Below, in pieces: positions 12,134-27,304 of a stretch of DNA of 64,000 nucleotides (the stretch's first letter is position 1; the number at the start of each line of letters is the position of its first letter). The notes under the pieces were generated by a model. It was not told where the DNA came from and did no database searches. It saw only the letters and a program-made list of their open reading frames with translations. The stretch comes from the human T2T-CHM13v2.0 reference genome, Homo sapiens, in the NCBI RefSeq assembly GCF_009914755.1, contig NC_060943.1; one strand, written 5' to 3'. The position numbers and the translations under genes were made by a program.

Positions 12134-15100
12134 TATCTTCACATACAAACTAGACAGAAGCATTCTCAGAAACTGCTTTGTGGTGTGTGCATTCAACTCA
12201 CAGAGTTGAACCTTCCTTCTGAGAGAGCAGTTTTTAAACAGTCTCTTTGAAATATCTGCAAGTGGATATTTGGAGCGATGGGAAGTCTAAGTTTGAAAAG
12301 GAAATATCCTCACATACAAACTAGACAGAAGCAATCTCATTAACTGCTTTGCGATGTGTGCATTCAGCTCACAGAGTTGAACCTTCCTTTTGAGAGAGCA
12401 GTTTTGAAACAGTTTTTTGTAGTATCCTCAAGTGGATATATGGAGCGATGTGAGGCTTAAGATGGAAACGGGAATATCTTCACATGCAAACTAGAAAGAA
12501 GCATTCTCAGAAACTGCTTTGTGATGGGTGCATTCAACTCAGAGACTTGAACATTTCTTTAGACGGAGCAGTGTTGAAACACACATATGCAGAATCTGCA
12601 AGAGTTCATTTGGAGCGCTTTGATGCCTATGGTGGAAAAAGAAATATCTTCACATAAAGACTAGAAAGAAGCGTTCTCCGAAACTCCTTTGTGATATATG
12701 TGTTCAGTTCACAGAGTTGAACCTTTCTTTTGATTGAGCAGTTTTGAAACACTGCTTTTCTAGAATCTGCTTTTGGATATTTGAAGCTCTTTGACGAATT
12801 CACTGTCAATGTTATATCTTCACATACAAACTAGACAGAAGCATTCTCAGAAACTGCTTTTTGATGTGTGCATTCAACACACGGAGTTGAACCTTCCTTC
12901 TGAGAACAGTTTTGAAGCAGTCTTTTTGTGGTATCTGCAAGTCGATATTTGGAACGATTTGGGACCTATGAGGGAAAAGGAACTATCTTCACGTACAAGC
13001 TAGACAGAAGCATTCTCAGAAACTGCTTTGTGATGTGTGCATTCAACACACGGAGTTGAACCTTCCTTCTGAGAGAACGGTTTTCAAACAGTCTTTTTGT
13101 AGTATCTGCAAGTCGATATTTGGAACGATTTGAGGCCTATGAGGGAAAAGGAACTATCTTCACATACAAACTAGACAGAAGCATGCTCAGAAACTGCTGT
13201 GTGATGTGTGCATTCAACTCACAGAGTTGAACCTTCCTTTTGAGAGAGACGTTTTGAAACAGTCTTTTTGTAGTATGTACAGGTGGATATTTTTGGTGAT
13301 TTGAGGTCTAAGATGGAAAAGGAAATACCTTCACCTACAAACTAGACAGAAGCATTCTCAGAAACTGCTTTGTGATGTGTGCATTAAACTTACAGACTTG
13401 AAACCTTATTTTGATAGAGCAGTGTTGAAACACACTTTTTATAGAATCTGCAAGTGTTCATTTGGAGAGCTTTGTTGCCTGTGGTGGAAAAAGAAATGTG
13501 TTCACATACAAACTAGAAAGAAGCCTTCTCAGAAACTCCTTTGAGATGTTTGTGTCCAATTCACAAAGTTGAACCTTTCTTTTGATAGAGCAGATTTGAA
13601 ACACTGCTTTTGTAGAATCTGCTTGCATGTATTTGGAGGTCTTTGAGGAATTGGGCGTATACGGGATATCTTCACATACAAATTACACAGAAGCATTCTC
13701 AGAAACTGCTCTGTGATGTGTGCATTCCTCTCACAGAGTTGAAACTTTCTTTTGAGAAAGCTGTTCTGAAACAGTCTTTTTGTAGTATCTGCAAGTGGAT
13801 ATTTGGAGCGATTTGAGGCCTATGATGGAAAAGGAAATATGTTCACTTACAAACTAGACAGAAGCATTCTCAGAAACTGCTTTGTGATGTGTGTGTTCAA
13901 TTCACAGGGTTGACTCTTTCTTTTGATTGAGCAGTTTTGAACCACCTGTTTTGTAGAATCTGCTTGTGGATATTTGTAGCTCTTGGAGGAATTCTTTGTA
14001 AAAGGGATATCTTCACATACACACTAGTCAGAAGCATTCTCAGAAACTTCTTTGTGATGTGTGAATTGAACTCACAGAGTTGAACCTTCCTTTTGAGAGA
14101 GCCGTTTTGAAACAATCTTTTTGAAGTATCTTCAATTGGATGTTTGTAGTGATTTGAGGCCTAAGATGGAAGAGGAAATATCTTCACATACAATCTAGAC
14201 AGAAGCACTCTCAGAAGCTGCTTGGTGATGTCTGCATTCAACTCACAGACTTGAACCCTTGTTTTGAAAGAGCAGTGTTGAAACACACATTTTGTACGAT
14301 CTGCAAGTGTTCATTTGGAACGCTGTTGTGCCTATGGTGGATAAAGAAATATCTTCACATAAATACTAGAAAGTAGCATTCTCAGAAACTGCTTTGTGAT
14401 GTGTGCATTCAACTCACAGAGTTGAACCTTCCTTTTGAGAGAGAGGTTTTGAAACAGTCTTTTTGTAGTATCTGCAAGTGGATATTTTTAGTGATTTGAG
14501 GTCTAAGATGGAAAAGGAAATACCTTCACCTACAAACTAGACAGAAGCATTCTCAGAAACTGCTTTGTGATGTGTGCATTAAACTTACAGACTTGAAACT
14601 TTATTTTGATAGAGCAGTGTTGAAACACACTTTTTATAGAATCTGCAAGTGTTCATTTGGAGAGCTTTGTTGCCTGTGGTGGAAAAAGGAATATGTTCAC
14701 CTAGAAACTAGAAAGAAGCCTTCTCAGAAACTCCTTTGAGATGTTTGTGTCCAATTCACAAAGTTGAACCTTTCTTTTGATAGAGCAGATTTGAAACACT
14801 GCTTTTGTAGAATCTGCTTGCGGATATTTGGCGGTCTTTTAGGAATTGGGCGTATACGGGAGATCTTCACATACAAGTTACACAGAAGCATTCTCAGAAA
14901 CTGCTTTGTGATGTGTGCATTCAACTCACAGAGTTGAAACTTTCTTTTGAGAAAGCAGTTTTGAAACAGTCTTTTTGTAGTATCTGCAAGTGGATATTTG
15001 GAGCGATTTGAGGCCTATGATGGAAAAGGAAATATGTTCACATACAAACTAGACAGAAGCGTTCTGAGAAACTGCTTTGTGATGTGTGCATTCACCTCAC

Positions 15101-16377
15101 AGAGTGGAACCTTTCTTTGGATAGAGCAGTTTTGAAACAGTCTTTCTCTAGTATCTGCAAGTGTTCATTTTGAGCGCTTTGAGGCCCATGATGGAAAAGG
15201 AAATATTTTCACATAAAAACTAGACAGAAGCTTTCTCAGGAACTTCATTGAGATGTGTGCATTAAAGTAACTGAGTGGAATACGTCTTTTGATAGAGCAG
15301 TATTGAAACACTTCTTTTGTAGAATCTGCCTGTGGATATCTGGAACTCTTTGAAGAATTCTTTGGAAACGGCTATCTTCACATAAAAAGTAGACCCAAGC
15401 ATTCACAGAACGTTCTTTGTGACATGTACATTGGACTCCCAGACTTGAAACTTTCTTTTGATAGAGCAGTGTTGGAACACACTTTTTGTAGAATCTTCAT
15501 GTGTTCGTTTGGAGTGCTCTGTTGCCTATGGTGGAAAAAGGAATATCTTCACCTAAAAACCAGACAGAAGCATTCTCAGAGACTGCTTTGTGATGTGTGT
15601 GTTCAATTCGCAGAGTTGAAAGTTGCTTTTGATAGAGCAGTTTTGAAACACTGCTTTTGTAGAATCTGCTTGTTGCTATTGGGGGCTCTTTGAGGAATTT
15701 GTTGTAAACGGGATATCTTCACATACAAAGTAGGCAGAAGCATTCTCAGAAACTGCTCTGTGATGTGTGCATTCAACTCACAGAGTTGAACCTTCCTTTT
15801 GCGAGAGCTGTTTTGAAGCAGTCTTTTTGTGGTATCTGCAATTGGATATTTGGATCGATTTGAGGCCTAAGATGGAAAAGGAAATATCTTCACATACAAA
15901 CTAGACAGAAGCATTCTCAGACACTGCGTTGTGATGTGTGCATTCAACTCACAGAGTTGAACCTTCCTTTTGAGAGCAGTTTTGAAACAGTCTTTTTGAA
16001 GTATCTGCAAGTGGATGTTTGGAGAGATTTGAGGCCTAAGATGGAAAAGGATATATCTTCACCTAAAAACTAGGCAGAAGCATTCTCAGAAACTGCTTTG
16101 TGATGTGGGGATTCAACTCACAGGCTTGAAACTTTCTTTTGATAGAGCAGGGTTGAAACACACTTTTTGTAGAATCTGCAAGTGTTCATTTGGAGTGCTT
16201 TCTTGCCCATGGTGGAAAAAGAAATATCTTCACGTAAAAACTAGACAGAAACATTCTCAGAAAATACTTTGTGATGTGGTTGTTCAATTCACAGGGTTGA
16301 ACCTTTCTTTAGATAAAGCAGTTTTGAAACACTGCTTTTGTAGAATCTTCTTGTGGATATTTGGAGCTGTTTGAGGA

Positions 16378-16394
16378 ATTCGTTTTAAACGGGA
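16378..16394 (+). promoter_or_regulatory. CENP-B box (m32)
   Basis: ATTCGTTTTAAACGGGA. Confidence 0.85.
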
Positions 16395-17571
16395 TATCTT
16401 CACATTCAAACTAGTCAGAAGCATTCTCAGAAACTGGTTTGTGATGTGTGCATTCTACTCACAGAGTTGAACCTTCCTTTTGAGAGAGCAGTTTTGAAAC
16501 AATCTTTTTGTATTCTCTACAAGTGGATACTTGGAGCAATGGGAGGACTAAGATTGAAAAGGAAATATCTTCACGGCCAAACTTGACAGAAGCTTTCTCA
16601 GAATCTGCTTTGTGATGTGTGCATTTACCTCACAGAGTGGAACCGTCCTTTTGATAGAGCAGTTCTGAAACAGTCTTTTTGTAGGATCTGCGAGTGTTCA
16701 TTTTGGAGCGCTTTTAAGCCTTTGGCGGAAAAGGAAATATCTTCACAAAAAAACTAGACAGAGGCATGCTCAGGAACTTCACTGAGATGTGTGCATTCAA
16801 GTAACTGAGTTGAATCTGCCTTTTGATAGAGCAGAATTGAAACACTCCTTTTGTAGAATCTGCTTGTGGATATTTGGAACTCTTTCAGGAGTTCGTTGGC
16901 AGCTGGTATCTTCACAAAAAAAGGAGACCCAAGGATTCTCAAAAAGTTCCTTGAGATGTGTGCCTTAAACTCACAGACTTCAAACTTTCTTTTGAGAGAT
17001 CAGTGTTGGAACACGCTTTTTGTAGAATCTGCAAGTGTTCATTTAGTGCGCTTTGTTGCCTATGGTGGAAAAAGAAATATCTTCAAATGAAAACTAGACA
17101 GAAACATTCTCAGAAACTCCTTTGTGAAGTGTGTGTCAAATTCACAGAATTGAAATATTCCTTTGATAGCGCAGCTTTGAAACACCGCTTTTATAGGATC
17201 TGCTTGTGGATATCTGGAGCTCTTTGAGGAATTTGTTGTAAACGGGATATCTTCACATACAAAGTAGACAGAAGCATTCTCAGAAACTGCTTTGTGATGT
17301 GTGCATTCCAATCACAGACTTCAACCTTTCTTTTGAAAGAGCAGTGTTCAAACACACATTTTGTAGGATGTGCAAGTGTTCACTTGGAGCGCTTTTTTGC
17401 CTATGGTGGAAAAAGAAATATCTTCACATAAATACTAGACAGAAGCATTCTCAGAAACGCCTTAGTGATGTGTTTGTTCTATTCAGAGAGTTGAACCTTT
17501 CTTTTGATAGAGCAGTTTTGATACACTGCTTCTGTAGAATCTGCTTGTGGATATTTGGAGCTCTTTGAGGA

Positions 17572-17588
17572 ATTCGTTGTAAACGGGA
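17572..17588 (+). promoter_or_regulatory. CENP-B box (m7)
   Basis: ATTCGTTGTAAACGGGA. Confidence 0.88.
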
Positions 17589-20500
17589 TATCTTCACATA
17601 CAAACTAGACAGAAGCATTCTCAGAAACTGCTTTGTGGTGTGTGCATTCAACTCACAGAGTTGAACCTTCCTTCTGAGAGAGCAGTTTTTAAACAGTCTC
17701 TTTGAAATATCTGCAAGTGGATATTTGGAGCGATGGGAAGTCTAAGTTTGAAAAGGAAATATCCTCACATACAAACTAGACAGAAGCAATCTCATTAACT
17801 GCTTTGCGATGTGTGCATTCAGCTCACAGAGTTGAACCTTCCTTTTGAGAGAGCAGTTTTGAAACAGTTTTTTGTAGTATCCTCAAGTGGATATATGGAG
17901 CGATGTGAGGCTTAAGATGGAAACGGGAATATCTTCACATGCAAACTAGAAAGAAGCATTCTCAGAAACTGCTTTGTGATGGGTGCATTCAACTCAGAGA
18001 CTTGAACATTTCTTTAGACGGAGCAGTGTTGAAACACACATATGCAGAATCTGCAAGAGTTCATTTGGAGCGCTTTGATGCCTATGGTGGAAAAAGAAAT
18101 ATCTTCACATAAAGACTAGAAAGAAGCGTTCTCCGAAACTCCTTTGTGATATATGTGTTCAGTTCACAGAGTTGAACCTTTCTTTTGATTGAGCAGTTTT
18201 GAAACACTGCTTTTCTAGAATCTGCTTTTGGATATTTGAAGCTCTTTGACGAATTCACTGTCAATGTTATATCTTCACATACAAACTAGACAGAAGCATT
18301 CTCAGAAACTGCTTTTTGATGTGTGCATTCAACACACGGAGTTGAACCTTCCTTCTGAGAACAGTTTTGAAGCAGTCTTTTTGTGGTATCTGCAAGTCGA
18401 TATTTGGAACGATTTGGGACCTATGAGGGAAAAGGAACTATCTTCACGTACAAGCTAGACAGAAGCATTCTCAGAAACTGCTTTGTGATGTGTGCATTCA
18501 ACACACGGAGTTGAACCTTCCTTCTGAGAGAACGGTTTTCAAACAGTCTTTTTGTAGTATCTGCAAGTCGATATTTGGAACGATTTGAGGCCTATGAGGG
18601 AAAAGGAACTATCTTCACATACAAACTAGACAGAAGCATGCTCAGAAACTGCTGTGTGATGTGTGCATTCAACTCACAGAGTTGAACCTTCCTTTTGAGA
18701 GAGACGTTTTGAAACAGTCTTTTTGTAGTATGTACAGGTGGATATTTTTGGTGATTTGAGGTCTAAGATGGAAAAGGAAATACCTTCACCTACAAACTAG
18801 ACAGAAGCATTCTCAGAAACTGCTTTGTGATGTGTGCATTAAAGTTACAGACTTGAAACCTTATTTTGATAGAGCAGTGTTGAAACACACTTTTTATAGA
18901 ATCTGCAAGTGTTCATTTGGAGAGCTTTGTTGCCTGTGGTGGAAAAAGAAATGTGTTCACATACAAACTAGAAAGAAGCCTTCTCAGAAACTCCTTTGAG
19001 ATGTTTGTGTCCAATTCACAAAGTTGAACCTTTCTTTTGATAGAGCAGATTTGAAACACTGCTTTTGTAGAATCTGCTTGCATGTATTTGGAGGTCTTTG
19101 AGGAATTGGGCGTATACGGGATATCTTCACATACAAATTACACAGAAGCATTCTCAGAAACTGCTCTGTGATGTGTGCATTCCTCTCACAGAGTTGAAAC
19201 TTTCTTTTGAGAAAGCTGTTCTGAAACAGTCTTTTTGTAGTATCTGCAAGTGGATATTTGGAGCGATTTGAGGCCTATGATGGAAAAGGAAATATGTTCA
19301 CTTACAAACTAGACAGAAGCATTCTCAGAAACTGCTTTGTGATGTGTGTGTTCAATTCACAGGGTTGACTCTTTCTTTTGATTGAGCAGTTTTGAACCAC
19401 CTGTTTTGTAGAATCTGCTTGTGGATATTTGTAGCTCTTGGAGGAATTCTTTGTAAAAGGGATATCTTCACATACACACTAGTCAGAAGCATTCTCAGAA
19501 ACTTCTTTGTGATGTGTGAATTGAACTCACAGAGTTGAACCTTCCTTTTGAGAGAGCCGTTTTGAAACAATCTTTTTGAAGTATCTTCAATTGGATGTTT
19601 GTAGTGATTTGAGGCCTAAGATGGAAGAGGAAATATCTTCACATACAATCTAGACAGAAGCACTCTCAGAAGCTGCTTGGTGATGTCTGCATTCAACTCA
19701 CAGACTTGAACCCTTGTTTTGCAAGAGCAGTGTTGAAACACACATTTTGTACGATCTGCAAGTGTTCATTTGGAACGCTGTTGTGCCTATGGTGGATAAA
19801 GAAATATCTTCACATAAATACTAGAAAGTAGCATTCTCAGAAACTGCTTTGTGATGTGTGCATTCAACTCACAGAGTTGAACCTTCCTTTTGAGAGAGAG
19901 GTTTTGAAACAGTCTTTTTGTAGTATCTGCAAGTGGATATTTTTAGTGATTTGAGGTCTAAGATGGAAAAGGAAATACCTTCACCTACAAACTAGACAGA
20001 AGCATTCTCAGAAACTGCTTTGTGATGTGTGCATTAAACTTACAGACTTGAAACTTTATTTTGATAGAGCAGTGTTGAAACACACTTTTTATAGAATCTG
20101 CAAGTGTTCATTTGGAGAGCTTTGTTGCCTGTGGTGGAAAAAGGAATATGTTCACCTAGAAACTAGAAAGAAGCCTTCTCAGAAACTCCTTTGAGATGTT
20201 TGTGTCCAATTCACAAAGTTGAACCTTTCTTTTGATAGAGCAGATTTGAAACACTGCTTTTGTAGAATCTGCTTGCGGATATTTGGCGGTCTTTTAGGAA
20301 TTGGGCGTATACGGGAGATCTTCACATACAAGTTACACAGAAGCATTCTCAGAAACTGCTTTGTGATGTGTGCATTCAACTCACAGAGTTGAAACTTTCT
20401 TTTGAGAAAGCAGTTTTGAAACAGTCTTTTTGTAGTATCTGCAAGTGGATATTTGGAGCGATTTGAGGCCTATGATGGAAAAGGAAATATGTTCACATAC

Positions 20501-21832
20501 AAACTAGACAGAAGCGTTCTGAGAAACTGCTTTGTGATGTGTGCATTCACCTCACAGAGTGGAACCTTTCTTTGGATAGAGCAGTTTTGAAACAGTCTTT
20601 CTCTAGTATCTGCAAGTGTTCATTTTGAGCGCTTTGAGGCCCATGATGGAAAAGGAAATATTTTCACATAAAAACTAGACAGAAGCTTTCTCAGGAACTT
20701 CATTGAGATGTGTGCATTAAAGTAACTGAGTTGAATACGTCTTTTGATAGAGCAGTATTGAAACACTTCTTTTGTAGAATCTGCCTGTGGATATCTGGAA
20801 CTCTTTGAAGAATTCTTTGGAAACGGCTATCTTCACATAAAAAGTAGACCCAAGCATTCACAGAACGTTCTTTGTGACATGTACATTGGACTCCCAGACT
20901 TGAAACTTTCTTTTGATAGAGCAGTGTTGGAACACACTTTTTGTAGAATCTTCATGTGTTCGTTTGGAGTGCTCTGTTGCCTATGGTGGAAAAAGGAATA
21001 TCTTCACCTAAAAACCAGACAGAAGCATTCTCAGAGACTGCTTTGTGATGTGTGTGTTCAATTCGCAGAGTTGAAAGTTGCTTTTGATAGAGCAGTTTTG
21101 AAACACTGCTTTTGTAGAATCTGCTTGTTGCTATTGGGGGCTCTTTGAGGAATTTGTTGTAAACGGGATATCTTCACATACAAAGTAGGCAGAAGCATTC
21201 TCAGAAACTGCTCTGTGATGTGTGCATTCAACTCACAGAGTTGAACCTTCCTTTTGCGAGAGCTGTTTTGAAGCAGTCTTTTTGTGGTATCTGCAATTGG
21301 ATATTTGGATCGATTTGAGGCCTAAGATGGAAAAGGAAATATCTTCACATACAAACTAGACAGAAGCATTCTCAGACACTGCGTTGTGATGTGTGCATTC
21401 AACTCACAGAGTTGAACCTTCCTTTTGAGAGCAGTTTTGAAACAGTCTTTTTGAAGTATCTGCAAGTGGATGTTTGGAGAGATTTGAGGCCTAAGATGGA
21501 AAAGGATATATCTTCACCTAAAAACTAGGCAGAAGCATTCTCAGAAACTGCTTTGTGATGTGGGGATTCAACTCACAGGCTTGAAACTTTCTTTTGATAG
21601 AGCAGGGTTGAAACACACTTTTTGTAGAATCTGCAAGTGTTCATTTGGAGTGCTTTCTTGCCCATGGTGGAAAAAGAAATATCTTCACGTAAAAACTAGA
21701 CAGAAACATTCTCAGAAAATACTTTGTGATGTGGTTGTTCAATTCACAGGGTTGAACCTTTCTTTAGATAAAGCAGTTTTGAAACACTGCTTTTGTAGAA
21801 TCTTCTTGTGGATATTTGGAGCTGTTTGAGGA

Positions 21833-21849
21833 ATTCGTTTTAAACGGGA
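21833..21849 (+). promoter_or_regulatory. CENP-B box (m32)
   Basis: ATTCGTTTTAAACGGGA. Confidence 0.85.
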
Positions 21850-23026
21850 TATCTTCACATTCAAACTAGTCAGAAGCATTCTCAGAAACTGGTTTGTGAT
21901 GTGTGCATTCTACTCACAGAGTTGAACCTTCCTTTTGAGAGAGCAGTTTTGAAACAATCTTTTTGTATTCTCTACAAGTGGATACTTGGAGCAATGGGAG
22001 GACTAAGATTGAAAAGGAAATATCTTCACGGCCAAACTTGACAGAAGCTTTCTCAGAATCTGCTTTGTGATGTGTGCATTTACCTCACAGAGTGGAACCG
22101 TCCTTTTGATAGAGCAGTTCTGAAACAGTCTTTTTGTAGGATCTGCGAGTGTTCATTTTGGAGCGCTTTTAAGCCTTTGGCGGAAAAGGAAATATCTTCA
22201 CAAAAAAACTAGACAGAGGCATGCTCAGGAACTTCACTGAGATGTGTGCATTCAAGTAACTGAGTTGAATCTGCCTTTTGATAGAGCAGAATTGAAACAC
22301 TCCTTTTGTAGAATCTGCTTGTGGATATTTGGAACTCTTTCAGGAGTTCGTTGGCAGCTGGTATCTTCACAAAAAAAGGAGACCCAAGGATTCTCAAAAA
22401 GTTCCTTGAGATGTGTGCCTTAAACTCACAGACTTCAAACTTTCTTTTGAGAGATCAGTGTTGGAACACGCTTTTTGTAGAATCTGCAAGTGTTCATTTA
22501 GTGCGCTTTGTTGCCTATGGTGGAAAAAGAAATATCTTCAAATGAAAACTAGACAGAAACATTCTCAGAAACTCCTTTGTGAAGTGTGTGTCAAATTCAC
22601 AGAATTGAAATATTCCTTTGATAGCGCAGCTTTGAAACACCGCTTTTATAGGATCTGCTTGTGGATATCTGGAGCTCTTTGAGGAATTTGTTGTAAACGG
22701 GATATCTTCACATACAAAGTAGACAGAAGCATTCTCAGAAACTGCTTTGTGATGTGTGCATTCCAATCACAGACTTCAACCTTTCTTTTGAAAGAGCAGT
22801 GTTCAAACACACATTTTGTAGGATGTGCAAGTGTTCACTTGGAGCGCTTTTTTGCCTATGGTGGAAAAAGAAATATCTTCACATAAATACTAGACAGAAG
22901 CATTCTCAGAAACGCCTTAGTGATGTGTTTGTTCTATTCAGAGAGTTGAACCTTTCTTTTGATAGAGCAGTTTTGATACACTGCTTCTGTAGAATCTGCT
23001 TGTGGATATTTGGAGCTCTTTGAGGA

Positions 23027-23043
23027 ATTCGTTGTAAACGGGA
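23027..23043 (+). promoter_or_regulatory. CENP-B box (m7)
   Basis: ATTCGTTGTAAACGGGA. Confidence 0.88.
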
Positions 23044-26000
23044 TATCTTCACATACAAACTAGACAGAAGCATTCTCAGAAACTGCTTTGTGGTGTGTGC
23101 ATTCAACTCACAGAGTTGAACCTTCCTTCTGAGAGAGCAGTTTTTAAACAGTCTCTTTGAAATATCTGCAAGTGGATATTTGGAGCGATGGGAAGTCTAA
23201 GTTTGAAAAGGAAATATCCTCACATACAAACTAGACAGAAGCAATCTCATTAACTGCTTTGCGATGTGTGCATTCAGCTCACAGAGTTGAACCTTCCTTT
23301 TGAGAGAGCAGTTTTGAAACAGTTTTTTGTAGTATCCTCAAGTGGATATATGGAGCGATGTGAGGCTTAAGATGGAAACGGGAATATCTTCACATGCAAA
23401 CTAGAAAGAAGCATTCTCAGAAACTGCTTTGTGATGGGTGCATTCAACTCAGAGACTTGAACATTTCTTTAGACGGAGCAGTGTTGAAACACACATATGC
23501 AGAATCTGCAAGAGTTCATTTGGAGCGCTTTGATGCCTATGGTGGAAAAAGAAATATCTTCACATAAAGACTAGAAAGAAGCGTTCTCCGAAACTCCTTT
23601 GTGATATATGTGTTCAGTTCACAGAGTTGAACCTTTCTTTTGATTGAGCAGTTTTGAAACACTGCTTTTCTAGAATCTGCTTTTGGATATTTGAAGCTCT
23701 TTGACGAATTCACTGTCAATGTTATATCTTCACATACAAACTAGACAGAAGCATTCTCAGAAACTGCTTTTTGATGTGTGCATTCAACACACGGAGTTGA
23801 ACCTTCCTTCTGAGAACAGTTTTGAAGCAGTCTTTTTGTGGTATCTGCAAGTCGATATTTGGAACGATTTGGGACCTATGAGGGAAAAGGAACTATCTTC
23901 ACGTACAAGCTAGACAGAAGCATTCTCAGAAACTGCTTTGTGATGTGTGCATTCAACACACGGAGTTGAACCTTCCTTCTGAGAGAACGGTTTTCAAACA
24001 GTCTTTTTGTAGTATCTGCAAGTCGATATTTGGAACGATTTGAGGCCTATGAGGGAAAAGGAACTATCTTCACATACAAACTAGACAGAAGCATGCTCAG
24101 AAACTGCTGTGTGATGTGTGCATTCAACTCACAGAGTTGAACCTTCCTTTTGAGAGAGACGTTTTGAAACAGTCTTTTTGTAGTATGTACAGGTGGATAT
24201 TTTTGGTGATTTGAGGTCTAAGATGGAAAAGGAAATACCTTCACCTACAAACTAGACAGAAGCATTCTCAGAAACTGCCTTGTGATGTGTGCATTAAACT
24301 TACAGACTTGAAACCTTATTTTGATAGAGCAGTGTTGAAACACACTTTTTATAGAATCTGCAAGTGTTCATTTGGAGAGCTTTGTTGCCTGTGGTGGAAA
24401 AAGAAATGTGTTCACATACAAACTAGAAAGAAGCCTTCTCAGAAACTCCTTTGAGATGTTTGTGTCCAATTCACAAAGTTGAACCTTTCTTTTGATAGAG
24501 CAGATTTGAAACACTGCTTTTGTAGAATCTGCTTGCATGTATTTGGAGGTCTTTGAGGAATTGGGCGTATACGGGATATCTTCACATACAAATTACACAG
24601 AAGCATTCTCAGAAACTGCTCTGTGATGTGTGCATTCCTCTCACAGAGTTGAAACTTTCTTTTGAGAAAGCTGTTCTGAAACAGTCTTTTTGTAGTATCT
24701 GCAAGTGGATATTTGGAGCGATTTGAGGCCTATGATGGAAAAGGAAATATGTTCACTTACAAACTAGACAGAAGCATTCTCAGAAACTGCTTTGTGATGT
24801 GTGTGTTCAATTCACAGGGTTGACTCTTTCTTTTGATTGAGCAGTTTTGAACCACCTGTTTTGTAGAATCTGCTTGTGGATATTTGTAGCTCTTGGAGGA
24901 ATTCTTTGTAAAAGGGATATCTTCACATACACACTAGTCAGAAGCATTCTCAGAAACTTCTTTGTGATGTGTGAATTGAACTCACAGAGTTGAACCTTCC
25001 TTTTGAGAGAGCCGTTTTGAAACAATCTTTTTGAAGTATCTTCAATTGGATGTTTGTAGTGATTTGAGGCCTAAGATGGAAGAGGAAATATCTTCACATA
25101 CAATCTAGACAGAAGCACTCTCAGAAGCTGCTTGGTGATGTCTGCATTCAACTCACAGACTTGAACCCTTGTTTTGCAAGAGCAGTGTTGAAACACACAT
25201 TTTGTACGATCTGCAAGTGTTCATTTGGAACGCTGTTGTGCCTATGGTGGATAAAGAAATATCTTCACATAAATACTAGAAAGTAGCATTCTCAGAAACT
25301 GCTTTGTGATGTGTGCATTCAACTCACAGAGTTGCACCTTCCTTTTGAGAGAGAGGTTTTGAAACAGTCTTTTTGTAGTATCTGCAAGTGGATATTTTTA
25401 GTGATTTGAGGTCTAAGATGGAAAAGGAAATACCTTCACCTACAAACTAGACAGAAGCATTCTCAGAAACTGCTTTGTGATGTGTGCATTAAACTTACAG
25501 ACTTGAAACTTTATTTTGATAGAGCAGTGTTGAAACACACTTTTTATAGAATCTGCAAGTGTTCATTTGGAGAGCTTTGTTGCCTGTGGTGGAAAAAGGA
25601 ATATGTTCACCTAGAAACTAGAAAGAAGCCTTCTCAGAAACTCCTTTGAGATGTTTGTGTCCAATTCACAAAGTTGAACCTTTCTTTTGATAGAGCAGAT
25701 TTGAAACACTGCTTTTGTAGAATCTGCTTGCGGATATTTGGCGGTCTTTTAGGAATTGGGCGTATACGGGAGATCTTCACATACAAGTTACACAGAAGCA
25801 TTCTCAGAAACTGCTTTGTGATGTGTGCATTCAACTCACAGAGTTGAAACTTTCTTTTGAGAAAGCAGTTTTGAAACAGTCTTTTTGTAGTATCTGCAAG
25901 TGGATATTTGGAGCGATTTGAGGCCTATGATGGAAAAGGAAATATGTTCACATACAAACTAGACAGAAGCGTTCTGAGAAACTGCTTTGTGATGTGTGCA

Positions 26001-27287
26001 TTCACCTCACAGAGTGGAACCTTTCTTTGGATAGAGCAGTTTTGAAACAGTCTTTCTCTAGTATCTGCAAGTGTTCATTTTGAGCGCTTTGAGGCCCATG
26101 ATGGAAAAGGAAATATTTTCACATAAAAACTAGACAGAAGCTTTCTCAGGAACATCATTGAGATGTGTGCATTAAAGTAACTGAGTTGAATACGTCTTTT
26201 GATAGAGCAGTATTGAAACACTTCTTTTGTAGAATCTGCCTGTGGATATCTGGAACTCTTTGAAGAATTCTTTGGAAACGGCTATCTTCACATAAAAAGT
26301 AGACCCAAGCATTCACAGAACGTTCTTTGTGACATGTACATTGGACTCCCAGACTTGAAACTTTCTTTTGATAGAGCAGTGTTGGAACACACTTTTTGTA
26401 GAATCTTCATGTGTTCGTTTGGAGTGCTCTGTTGCCTATGGTGGAAAAAGGAATATCTTCACCTAAAAACCAGACAGAAGCATTCTCAGAGACTGCTTTG
26501 TGATGTGTGTGTTCAATTCGCAGAGTTGAAAGTTGCTTTGGATAGAGCAGTTTTGAAACACTGCTTTTGTAGAATCTGCTTGTTGCTATTGGGGGCTCTT
26601 TGAGGAATTTGTTGTAAACGGGATATCTTCACATACAAAGTAGGCAGAGGCATTCTCAGAAACTGCTCTGTGATGTGTGCATTCAACTCACAGAGTTGAA
26701 CCTTCCTTTTGCGAGAGCTGTTTTGAAGCAGTCTTTTTGTGGTATCTGCAATTGGATATTTGGATCGATTTGAGGCCTAAGATGGAAAAGGAAATATCTT
26801 CACATACAAACTAGACAGAAGCATTCTCAGACACTGCGTTGTGATGTGTGCATTCAACTCACAGAGTTGAACCTTCCTTTTGAGAGCAGTTTTGAAACAG
26901 TCTTTTTGAAGTATCTGCAAGTGGATGTTTGGAGAGATTTGAGGCCTAAGATGGAAAAGGATATATCTTCACCTAAAAACTAGGCAGAAGCATTCTCAGA
27001 AACTGCTTTGTGATGTGGGGATTCAACTCACAGGCTTGAAACTTTCTTTTGATAGAGCAGGGTTCAAACACACTTTTTGTAGAATCTGCAAGTGTTCATT
27101 TGGAGTGCTTTCTTGCCCATGGTGGAAAAAGAAATATCTTCACGTAAAAACTAGACAGAAACATTCTCAGAAAATACTTTGTGATGTGGTTGTTCAATTC
27201 ACAGGGTTGAACCTTTCTTTAGATAAAGCAGTTTTGAAACACTGCTTTTGTAGAATCTTCTTGTGGATATTTGGAGCTGTTTGAGGA

Positions 27288-27304
27288 ATTCGTTTTAAAC
27301 GGGA
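27288..27304 (+). promoter_or_regulatory. CENP-B box (m32)
   Basis: ATTCGTTTTAAACGGGA. Confidence 0.85.

Larger units (their letters stand above)
10967..16421 (+). repeat. HOR copy 3, 32-mer (5455 bp)
   Basis: ORF track and sequence recur at +5455. Confidence 0.97.
16422..21876 (+). repeat. HOR copy 4, 32-mer (5455 bp)
   Basis: ORF track and sequence recur at +5455. Confidence 0.97.
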
